The notes under the pieces were generated by a model, which saw only the letters and a program-made list of their open reading frames with translations, had not been told where the DNA came from and did no database searches. 64,000 nucleotides of DNA from Rhodosorus marinus CCMP1338 (lineage: Eukaryota > Plantae > Rhodophyta): positions 2,914,001-2,978,000 of the forward strand of contig JAMWBK010000004.1 of NCBI GenBank assembly GCA_029953675.1, read 5' to 3'. Each line of letters opens with the position of its first letter. Within the stretch, counting starts at the first letter, position 1. The position numbers and the translations under genes are program-made. Shown one piece after another: positions 22,030-33,124 of the stretch.

Positions 22030-24179
22030 TCAAATATTGATGTTCAGCAGAAGGCGACGCGGGTCCTCTATTAAGGTTTTCAATCTCCGCAGGAAGGTCA
22101 CAGCTTCCCTTCCATCAATCAGCCTGTGATCATAGGACAGTGCCAAATACATCATTGGCCGAATAACAATCTGAAGAGCAAAAAAATACAGTGAGCATGT
22201 TGAGATGGTAATCCTTTCCGCTACAATTTCATACTAAAGCCGCTTTTGTGGATGCTCTTTGCAATTGAACTCTCACCTGGTCCTTAACAACAACCGGCCT
22301 CTTCTGAATTGCGTGCATTCCTAGGATTGCACTTTGAGGCATATTGATGATCGGTGTCGACAGCAACGAACCAAACACTCCACCGTTGGAAATCGTGAAA
22401 GTCCCGCCCTGTAAACGCGTCACGATTTAGAGGCGAAGAAGTGTAGTGGCAATGGCTTGCCAAAAGTAGTTTTCGGGTGGCGATGCAGGTGTCTTTACCT
22501 GTAGCTCCTCCAGTGTCAGCGACGCATCCCTCGCCTTCTCTCCAAGTTGAAAGATTACCTTTTCGATCTCCGCAAAACCCATACGCTCGCAACCACGGAT
22601 TGCAGGTACTACGAGACCCGTAGGTGTACTGACCGCAACTGATATGTCCACGTAGTCGCGGTATACGATATCTCCTCCATCAATGAAGGCATTGACCTCG
22701 GGCTGCTCTTGCAGACAGATCGCACTCGCCTATCCAAGTAGATTAGTGAGTGATAAGAGCTACGGAAACTGCTGTCTCCTGGCTTTGATTCTGCCTCTTA
22801 CCTTCACAAACGCCGACATGAAACCAAGCTTTACGTTGTGCTTCTTGAAAAAGTCGTCCTTGTAGTCGCTTCTTAGGTTCATCAACGCGGACATGTCAAC
22901 CTCGTTAAACGTGGTCAAAATAGCAGCGGTGTGCTGGGCTTCTTTCAACCTCTCGGCGATCCGTTTTCTCATTCGAGTCATCGCCACTCTCCGCTCTCCA
23001 GATTGTATTTTGCCCATCTGCTCAAGTTTTTCTGCAACATCATCGAGACTTGCAGTGGCTGGTGGTGGTGGTGGAGGTGGTGGTGGTGGTGGTGGTGGAG
23101 GTGAAGAGGGAGCCTCACTTGCGGGCTCCTCCTTCGCAGCAGCTTCTGCCTCCATTGACGGTTCTGTCAACCAAAAGCGACGTACAGTCAGAAAAAACCT
23201 GGACGCAAGAAACAAGGAGGAGATCGCACCTGATGATTGACCTTCTTGCAAAAATGAGAACGATGCAATCTTTGCTCCTACAGCGACGGTATCCCCTTCC
23301 TTTGCAAGCTGAGCCTGTAAGACGCCGGCCTTGGGCGCTCGCACGTCGACCATAATTTTATCCGTTTCCAACATTACTATAACCTCGTCTTCCTTGAAAG
23401 ATTCTCCTACTTTCTTTTCCCAAACCTGAACTGTGCCCTCCTTGATTGACTCACCCATCTCCGGCACCAAGATGTCCACATTCTCTCCCACAGTCGCAGG
23501 TGCGGCGTCAGAGGCAGTTTCTACTGGCGCTTCAGGAGCCGCAACCGGTTCTGGAGCTTGTTCGACCTCTGGGGTCTGCGCTACTTCATTAGCTGCTGCT
23601 TCAGCTGAACGGGCTCCTGATGGGTTCATTTTAAAAGCGGGCTGACCGACCTCCACGGTGTCTCCTTCTTTGGCCAAAAGCGCAGTGATAACCCCCTTCT
23701 GAGGAGCTCTGACCTCAACAGTAATTTTATCGGTTTCAATCTGGCCGATTACGTCGTCCTCATTAACCTCATCGCCAACATTCCTCAGCCATGCTTGAAG
23801 GGTCCCTAGTGTACAGTCATGCGTACATCATACCCAAAGGTTTAGAATAAATCTGCAATCTGTCCCAAAAAGGAAGAATGGTTGACAGCAGCTACAACCA
23901 TAGTGCAAGCAAAATGCGACCTTGCTCACCTTCCACGATCGATTCTCCCATCTGAGGAACGGATATCGTAACTTCTTCGCCCTTCTTCTTTGCTGCAAAC
24001 GTCCTCACGAACCCATCGCTCTCCCAATTCGTTCTTCTGCACGGGCCGATCCCAACCGAGGTCACCAAATGCCTTTCCAAACTGGAGGTCCGAACCACCC
24101 CCAAACGAGCTCTACACAAACCCGCTCTTCGTATTCCAACGCCTCTCAACAGCGCCTTTCCTACTCGAGAAGAGGACAT
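22030..24179 (-). CDS. DLST: Dihydrolipoamide succinyltransferase (2-oxoglutarate dehydrogenase E2), mitochondrial, with two lipoyl domains
   Basis: Arg-rich presequence; [13 protein letters not shown] and [13 protein letters not shown] lipoyl domains; catalytic domain [72 protein letters not shown]; stop at 22030. Confidence 0.97.
23060..23101 (-). repeat. (CCA/CCT)14 coding microsatellite encoding poly-Pro14 in the DLST linker
   Basis: Plus strand (tgg)5 agg (tgg)7 agg, in frame in DLST. Confidence 0.95.
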
Positions 24180-25962
24180 CTTGCCCTCTCCAATCCCGTA
24201 CCGGCTCCGATCAACTAAATGCAACCGCAATACTCAACCAACTCGCCCTAAGCAAAAATAACGTCGGTCACAACAAAAAGCAGACTGCAAAGCTCCTATA
24301 AGCCTCTACCTCCGTCCTATCCATTCATCAGAAACCCTTCTCCCTCCTTTCAATCCACACCTGCCGCTTTCTTTACCCACAACCTCCCCCCCCATCTCTT
24401 CCAAACCCGCCCCTCGCCCCTCGACGTCCGACGAACAGACCCCCAACCAAACCCTACCCATAACGACTTTCATAGCGAAATTGTTTGATATTCGATACCA
24501 CGGGTTCAAGTAAATTCGCCACGGTACCCAAAAAGCGCATTAGTTTACAAAAAACAACAACAAGAAATACTATGGATTTTAAAGGGGGGTTTAGTATTCT
24601 TTTCTTCCAACAAGTGCGAAAATCAATGCATCGCGAAGTCAGGTCTATTATAGTGGATATCTCTGCAATTCTGAATACTTTTTTTTGGGGGGGAGTGGAA
24701 AATTAAACGTCACATCGAACCCGCGGTATTCCTCTTTTTTATTAAAAATACCACCTGTAAACTTGAGAGTTTTCAGAGTAGTAGAATCAGGGGCAGTAGA
24801 GGTCTTGATGATTTTAATTTCATCGACGATTGAAAATATTTTGATTAGTAGCATACTTGTGTACCCCCCTTCCAAAGAAATCGTACTTAGGCGTTGAAGC
24901 TCTGTCGGTTAAAATTATGATCGTCTAATTGGAGAATAAAACTAAATACACGCAATAAACAATAAATATTCAATGTATTCAATCATTATAAGATTTTCTA
25001 TGGTTCAATTGGTTTGATGGCAGTCAACTGTTCTTCAGGCCGTTGAATTCTGGATAAATTATGAATAGAAGGCGTTTTATCGATAAATCCATTTTGCTGG
25101 TTCCTGCTATACGACCCACTGTTTGTGTTGGGAATTGGAGTGGGAGGGTTGCGACCACGGCGGAGTACAGTCAAGGTCCTCCTGAACTTGGTATGTCAGA
25201 TCTTTCGTGGTTATGAATTTCTAGTAGTTCAAGAGAATCAACTCTTCTGTCCCGCTGTGCCGCGACTCATTCGTAGATTCCGTTTGAAGGGTAGCGTGCT
25301 GGATTCAGTTTGTGAATCTCTGCGCACAACCTCTCAGATAGACCGTAAATAAAGCTCGTCAATCGCCAAATTGAGCTTTCTTGCGGTTTTGAGTGGAAGT
25401 AGGCGCCCTCATAAACCAGCCGTTTTTGACTCAGGCTATGGCTGAGCGCAGCACTAGAATATTTACTGATCTATTACGGACAAGCTCTGTACCCTTCAAA
25501 TTGAAAGAAGGCGGGATCTGGCCTCTTGTGATCTGAGCATACTTGCTGCTGGCAAGCAGCGTAACCATAACCTTCAGTGGGCTCCTTCCTGCTACAGCAC
25601 AAAAGTTTTTCAAACTCTTGTCTAACGGCGGAAGGTCAGGTTAACACCCCACCGTGGTAGCCGTAGCCTTAACTGGTCAGCTGCATAATGCAGCATCTAC
25701 ACATAACCAGAGACGAAACCTACATTTTCTGGCCCTGAACCCAACCATCTAAGTAACCGTCGGGTTTTTCGCTGGACCTGGCTCTAGGCCCCGAACTGGT
25801 TGGAATCTAAAAACAACCCTCCTCGATGTTTGCACGATTTTCTTCTGAATTCATACTAATACTCCTCTAGATCGGATGGAAGGGCAAGTAGTTCTCACTA
25901 TTAAAAATATTTAAAACACATGAAGTTGGCAATCTTCATTATTTTTAAAGAGTAAAAGTTGG

Positions 25963-27520
25963 TTGTCAGTTTTCCAGTTAAAAAAGGAACTAAGGAAAAA
26001 GGATAACGAATTTTGGCGCAAAAAGCTGAGAGTTGCCTGCACGCTGGGCAAGTTTCCACTCGGGAACTCTGTCCATCTTCACTTCAAACAGATGGATTCT
26101 TTGGTTGGGAGGATATACGATGGGCTTGAAGGTGAAGGGCAAACCTGAACAGTGCTGCTTTTCATTTTTGTGAAGTCCTTTGAAGACTACTGGGAGATGG
26201 AATCCTCAGACTCTCAACGGTGGGCCAGTTCAAGAGGAGTCAAGTCGAGCTTGCAAATTTTATGGGAGCTGAAATGGATGGTTGCTGGGGTTCTGGTCCT
26301 ACTCTCTGCAATTGTGTATCAAGCGGACTTTTGGGTTCTGGGAACTGTGTTTGTGACTATAGCTTTGACAAGTATAAGTGTTGTCACGTATCAGGTTATT
26401 CTTATTCTGTGAGTTGTCTAACCAAGCTCATTCTCCATTCAGATTTGATTCCAGAGCTGATTCCCCAACGTGATGGGTGCTGTCTCTCTCTTGTCACAGG
26501 GACATCGTAGGTGTATTCATGAACCTATGTGAAGGTTTGTTTTTGTCTGCAAGAGTTCAAGCTCAGATTAGGGAGATGCAGATAGAGGTAAGCATAAGCA
26601 TGGATAGTTGGAGACGAGAATCGACGGAATTCGACAAGGTTTGAAACATCTGAACAGAATCGTGTTGTTATATTGACCTGTACAAGGCTTTTGCTAAATC
26701 TGTTGAACATGATCTGATGTGGAAGCACGTCGGTGAACGATTTTCGGATTTATGCTCAGAAACTTTGCTGGACGAGCAGCTTATTGAAAGTATAGTGGGA
26801 GCGTTTGAAACGGAACTAACGAATGTCTTCATCGAGAATCCGGTTTTCTCGATCAACCAGTTGCGGTTAAGTCGGTTCATTGATGGTGGAGGATCCTTTG
26901 AGGAAACAGTTTCAGAACAAGATCAGGACGCAATGAGTATCCAAAGAGCGAGATCCGCGGTGAGGCTGTTTCATAGTGCTTTTAAGACGCGTCGGTCAGA
27001 ACGCCTGCCTCGACTGGTTCCTGCCGCGTTGTCGAATGGAGCGGTTGCGTTGATACAAAATCCGGCCTTAACCGACGTTTCAATTTTGGTAAGCAGGAGT
27101 TTGACCTTTCTAGATTGAGCGCAGTCGTCAGTTGATTGTGGACGGTTCATGCGTTTCGTAATACTTCCGTACAGATAATGAAGAGGCTAATGACGTCGGA
27201 TACGATAATGCGCTGTATCATTCGGATAATCTTGGCACTTCCAAACTCTGTCTATTCACGATTCGCGCAACTCATGCACGAAATATACTGACGTCGAGAT
27301 ATCAGGTCGTCTATATTGTCCGGTGATGCTGTATATACTGCTGGATTCGGTGTTGAGAGCCTCTCACACACCCATGTCTGCTCGATCAAAGGAGCTCATC
27401 GGAGAAAGAGATCGGCAAATAAGATTACTCGCTCTTTATCTTAACGCGGGCGCTTTGAGCACCCGTGCGGAGTCAATCTGGTGCCCTGTTCCGCGACACG
27501 GCTGTACAGGGGAACACTAA
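25963..27520 (+). CDS. Hypothetical multi-exon gene or decayed gene; includes a predicted transmembrane hairpin
   Basis: Series of protein-like plus-strand frames (25963-26148; 26170-26410 WMVAGVLVLLSAIVY..WVLGTVFVTIAL; 26717-27118; 27175-27325) with GT/AG-like junctions. I could not join them into one clean reading frame. Confidence 0.3.
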
Positions 27521-29404
27521 TTATGACCTATAATAATAACAGGAATCTAACATCTAGATGAGCACGCATGAACTTGTGGCCTTGCTTGCGTGCATTCCAA
27601 GCTTAAATTAATATTGAACATTGCGGGCAAAACAAAAGCGATCGCGGTTCAGGAAAGAACAATACCCAAATTCTCCGGCCTCTCTGCGACGCCTCTGCCG
27701 CTCCGCCCTGGTTAAGTGGTAGCAGCAAACGTGGCCAACGAGAGCAAATACCCGTCTGGTTCAAATGTGAACTCTTCCGAATGGCCAACTTAGCGTGTGA
27801 GCAGATTCCATTCAAAACGTTTTTGCGATGAAAACTGAATTTCGCGTGTCGCCGATCTTCGGGAGTTTGTTAGCAGAGCAGAAGCGGCGCAAACAGTTTG
27901 TTGGTAAGCCTATCTGGCGAACTTAACTCGATCCCAGCTTTCACTTGCCCCTTGATGCAATTGATAGGGACCCGTTCGCAGGCGACGAGAAGCGCTAGGG
28001 TTCACGCCCTGGGAAACTTGCTGAATCAGGTTTTTTGACACATGTAATCTGAAGCCATAAACTACATCCCACGCGCTCGCAGGCTGACATAATTCCTGGA
28101 GACCGCACCTCACTATGGCGTTCCGGGCTTGTAAGATCCAGCATCCTTGTAAGAGATAAGCCCTACACGTGGGATGATGCTCTTCAGTTACCATCTGAAT
28201 CGCTTCTGTATTTCGTCCTGCTAACAATTCGTTCTACACTTCGAAATGACCTGTAGACGCTAGGGATTCTCCGCTCCACCATTGGATATACCACTGCGAA
28301 ACTCACCAAAATGATTGACATAAAATAAATTGACTGAGAGTTGTGGATAACAATTGCATCCCTTGCCCCCCCCTAGCTTGGAATCAAACTTTAATCTCAA
28401 GTACACTTTAAAATTCTCTGAAAGAGCAATATCCCACTTTCTATCAAGATCTCCAGGGGTAAAACCCCATCGAGTTCTTCTTGTTGAAATTTATTGTTGT
28501 CAAAATAGTACAATCTAAACGCCAGAAAAACTACAACGCTTTTGTGGTGATGCGGTAGAGACGATAAATTATTATTGAATAGTGCAATATATTCCGTTCC
28601 AGAATACTAACAGAGAACAAATGCGACAGAAAATCGATTAAAAAACTCTCAAGCAACCCTGTAATTGGACTACCAAAGTGAATCCTTCCTATTACCTCAA
28701 TACCAACCGTCCAAGTGAATTTTTCTAGATAATTATTTTCGTTATTCTATTTCAACTCCATTTCAGTTCATGTCAGAGTGAATCGTTAACAGAAACTGAT
28801 CCAGCCATGATGGGAGGAGTTAGGAGACGGGGGGGGGGGTAGACCAACATCCAGGGTTAATCCCAACGAAATTTGAGTTTTTGACTAAGCGTTGATAGAT
28901 CGAAATATCGTCTTAATATTTTTATGATAAGAAAGTCTTGTGGTTTTTGGGGTGGTGGTGGATACCCCTTGCGGAACATTAACAAGGACCGAGGAATTAG
29001 AGAACCCGTGAAAGGGATCTCTGAAATTCGTGCTTAGGTTGGATGGATAAATATTTTGTTTCAACGAAATGCGGTCGATGTTCAGATCTCATCTTAGTTA
29101 GCAATGAAATTTCCGCAGATTTGGACCGAGCAAAAGGTTCATTACGCTGTCCATTCTGTTCTCGTTGAAGAGTTTGCGAGGATAGAATTGATAATTGGGT
29201 AGTTCAGCAACCGAGGTTCTCGCTGAAAGACCTATGGGCCATGTTCTTGGGTACGGGGATGGTTTAGTTTGATAAGAATATATGTATCTCTTTCTCACCT
29301 GGCGGGTGTGGGAAGAGAAACTTCGAGGTGTTGGGGGTTGACTGGGGTGAAAAACTGAAAGACGTCAGGGAGTGAGAGTGCGTTTCTTAAGTTCTTCTTC
29401 CCGG

Positions 29405-29875
29405 ATGGGATCTCCTAGGTTAGGTAGCAAGAGGGCAGCAGACCCTTGGAGGCTCAGCGACAGAAAGCCATCAACGGAGAGTAAGGATAGCGACACGAAG
29501 CAGCGACCATCGGACGGTGAGAACGATCCATGGGGGATTCGGGAGTACCAGAAGAAGAAGGCCGTGATTGTCAGCAATGACCCCTGGGGAATCCAACTGT
29601 CTGAACAGAGGCTGAGCATGGCTCGAGAAGAGACTGAACCAGACGTACCAAGCGCACAACCGAAGAAAAAGAGCTCGAGAGTCCTCAAGGCTTTCAAAAA
29701 GGTTGAGCAAAAACCACTTGACGTTGTGTGTAGCCAGAGCTTTTGCGTACCATACGACGAAATGCTGGAGGCATGCGCAGGACGCCACGACGGCAGGAAG
29801 AAGCCGCGTTTTGTATTCTTGACAAAACCGTTTTCCTCGTTTGGAAAGCTCATCCAGAAACCCGTTGCTGTCTAG
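29405..29875 (+). CDS. Small hydrophilic protein (156 aa) with three DPW motifs
   Basis: ATG 29405 MGSPRLGSKRAADPWRL...NDPWGIRE...NDPWGIQL...; intronless; low complexity. Confidence 0.55.
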   Translation: MGSPRLGSKRAADPWRLSDRKPSTESKDSDTKQRPSDGENDPWGIREYQKKKAVIVSNDPWGIQLSEQRLSMAREETEPDVPSAQPKKKSSRVLKAFKKVEQKPLDVVCSQSFCVPYDEMLEACAGRHDGRKKPRFVFLTKPFSSFGKLIQKPVAV

Positions 29876-30816
29876 GGCCAGCTCGCGGGTGTCAGACACT
29901 TGCCCTTGGTCCAATAACTGGATGTCTTGAGTACACAACGTAAGTAAACTATATATGCTTGTTTTCCTTTCCTCAAAGTCAAGAGCTGCTGATCATGCCA
30001 CACAGAGAGAGTTTACATCAAGCAACCAGACCAGTGGTGCCGGTAGCGTGAGTTGAATCCTGGTGGGAAAGAGACTCACGTCAACATCCTCCGTGTTGTG
30101 CAAACACTAATATGTGAGTTGCTTCAGCAAACATACCTTGGATATACTCCAATCTGGACTTGGGGCGTGCGCGAGAACCGGGACTCAGTGTATATTTCGT
30201 ACCTAGCCTGGGAGCGTCATATGCTTATGACGTGAACATGTAGCCTACGTACCAAAATCCTTAGTTAACGGCACTCAAACGGTATCTTGACCAAGTTTTT
30301 CAAGACCGGTATCTCGTACAGGCCAAGCTGAGCCTGGACCCGCCTCTGAACGGTCTACAGGCTCTCTAGTCTACAGATGAGCATCAAGCTCGCGACCTAG
30401 TGTGCACCGTTCGGTTTGCACTCGGTGAGAAGCTAAGGGACGCCACAAATAAAAAAAAAATACCAAAAATCTCTCAGCTCTATCCTCTGTGATTGAGTTC
30501 CCACCGTAGCAGGTGATAAATCTATCTAGAATTGACCGAGATGCCAAGGTATTGCCAAGCACAGGAGCCGACCACGAACAAGAAGAACGGACAGCCTGTC
30601 ACAGTACCACGGGACAGCTGTGAAAGGTTGATCGACAGCCTGTCCCTTATGAGAATTCAAATTTTTTCTCATGCTGACATTGCGGCATTTGGAGGTTTCA
30701 CTTGAGTTGAGGCATGAGGAGGAGGATTGTCAAGCTACAGTCGAAGATGATGAGCTTGGAACATGGAAATTTGTGTACATATGTAAGACGAAGCTCTTGA
30801 CAGATTAGGGGTAGTA

Positions 30817-31951
30817 ATGTCGTTTGCAAATTCAAAAGAGAGAGATGATCGGAGCACGAGCGGGTCTGCCGTGAGTGAGTTGTCAGTACTTGTTTCGACG
30901 ATTCACACGAACAATCAGGTTTTGAAGAGGCTGGTGAATCTACCTTCGGATAAGCCAAGACAGAGGAGCCTTGACGAGCTTGTTTCGAGGAACAAGGCAG
31001 CGCAAGCTGAAGGGGAAAGGCTTGCACATAGTTTGGAAAGGGAAAAACCACAGTCAGTCCGTGATGAGGTTGCGGCGAATAAGCTCGTGAGAGATTTTCG
31101 AAGCGTCGTTCGAGAATTTCAGGATGTGAGGAAGATCTTAGAGTCTCAGGAGAAAGTGAATGAAGTCTCCCCATATGGGCCTCGGAAAATAACTACCAAA
31201 GTCCTCAAGCCCGAACCTGGCGAGAAAACGTACCTTTTGGGGGGGGGTGATCAACTATCTCAATCGCAGCTCCTTTTGCTGGATGTAAGTTCTAACTGGG
31301 TGCATACTCAATGGAAATTGACAAGATCAAGCACATTTAGCAAGCACTGCCTTCCGTTGTAGGAGGAAGAACAGCAACAACAAGTAGAGGCTAGGGCTCT
31401 CGCCTCGAATCAACAATACATGGAATCGAGACAAACAGCCCTGAGTAGAGTGCACAACCAATTTCAGGAGGTGAATGAAATATTTAAGGATCTTGGCGTT
31501 GTTATAATTGACCAAGGTGCTCAGTTGGATGAAGTGGAGGCGGATACGGCTCAAGCTCGCTCCGATCTACGACTAGGAAACGTCGAAATCAAGAAAGGAC
31601 AAGCACGTCTAAGGGTGAGTGTGCAGACAAATCGTCCCACTACTCGAATGGTCCAATTTTCTTTTGGAAACCAACTATCGGTCTTATGCCAGAACACCCG
31701 CCGCGTTTTATTGGCGAGGACGATCGTACCTCAATCGATACTGGTTGGCCTCTGGCATATTGGTGCGGTTCGGAGAACGAGTCTTCCTGCTCGATCGCAC
31801 AGTGCGCTCTTAGTTCCTTGCAACTGAAACGGTTGAGAGTTCCTAACCCCGAAAACTCTCCCCTTCGCAGGCAAGACGAAAATTTTTCTTTCTAGCGCTG
31901 ATCATTGTTGCTGTAACGATCGTCGTCTTGCTCCTCGTGCTTCTACACTAA
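30817..31951 (+). CDS. Qa-SNARE syntaxin (STX7/12/Pep12-like)
   Basis: Habc-like N-terminus (KLVRDFRSVVREFQ); SNARE helix FQEVNEIFKDLGVVIIDQGAQLDEVE; last exon after intron 31615-31870 gives ARRKFFFLALIIVAVTIVVLLLVLLH* (tail anchor). Another intron at 31285-31362. Confidence 0.9.
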
Positions 31952-33124
31952 CTACACCCTTGGCTTCTGGAATACGCAATCTCTAACAATAGTTGGTAAG
32001 AGCCCCGCTGTGGTTGCGGTAACAAAAGCAACGCATACGCTCTCCTGAGAATGAACAAATGGCCAGATGTGTTTCGCAAGAATGCGAGCTCAGACGGTAG
32101 CACACCACTTCGTTCCCAGCTGTTCCATGCTCGATGGCCGGCGTCACAAATGTCAAGAGTGCTCGAAGCGCGAGGCAAAACGAGTGCAGGGCCGGATTTG
32201 GAAGAGGGAGGAGACTGGCCTAAAAAAACGCGAAAAGTTTTCAGAATATGTTTAATAATTCCACGTATGAATTTCTCTTCAGCCAATTGCTTTCTGTGAA
32301 CGCCCGTTCGTTCGAATGATTGGTTCATGGACTCGTTGAATACTGAGCTTGATGAAATATTTCGTAACTTCTACTAATTTCATCAAATATAGAAAAGAAT
32401 TGCAATCAAAGCACGTCTGACATTAAATAATCCCTTTTCATTGGATTTCCAAAAGTTGCGATTAACCAATAATAGAGACTGGTTGCTAAATCCGATCGAA
32501 TAACTGGACAGACGATCTTTGAATTTAGTTATTTTCACATGGAGTATCTTCTCCGGGGAGCGAACAACTGCAATTTTCCAACTGAAATGCTAGCTAGCAT
32601 TGAAATGAAGGGGGGTTCGGTCTCTCGAAAGTAGTGCTGATATATTGAATATTAAAAGTATTAAAATCGATCAGCAAATGAACGAGTGAATATACTCCCA
32701 GTAAGAGGTTGTCAAGGCAAAAGTTATGATCTGAGGAAGGTTTTAGTGCGCCTCCGTTGGGAGTTGCGCGTCAAACCAGCAAATTATGGACGACAGTAAG
32801 ATCTATTCATCATTTTTTGCGTATTTTCTTTGGGCCACGCCACGCCAAGTGGAATTTTGGATTCCAATGTTAGTTTTTCTTGAAATGGTCCGGTGCAGTT
32901 ACGTTGAACCTCCGAAAAAAATGGTTTTAAAAGGGAACTGAAAAGGATCGATCAGGGCGTGGGGGCAGTCGGAGGAATGGTTGGTATGCTCGAGTTGGAG
33001 GTGTGGGGGGGGGATAGTGAAGCGGGTTTAAGGTATAGAGAGTTTGGCAAGGTGGACGTAGTGGATCTTGACCAAGATGATCGAAGGTGCACGTAGTTTG
33101 GAGAGGTTTGGTGGTTTGGCCACC

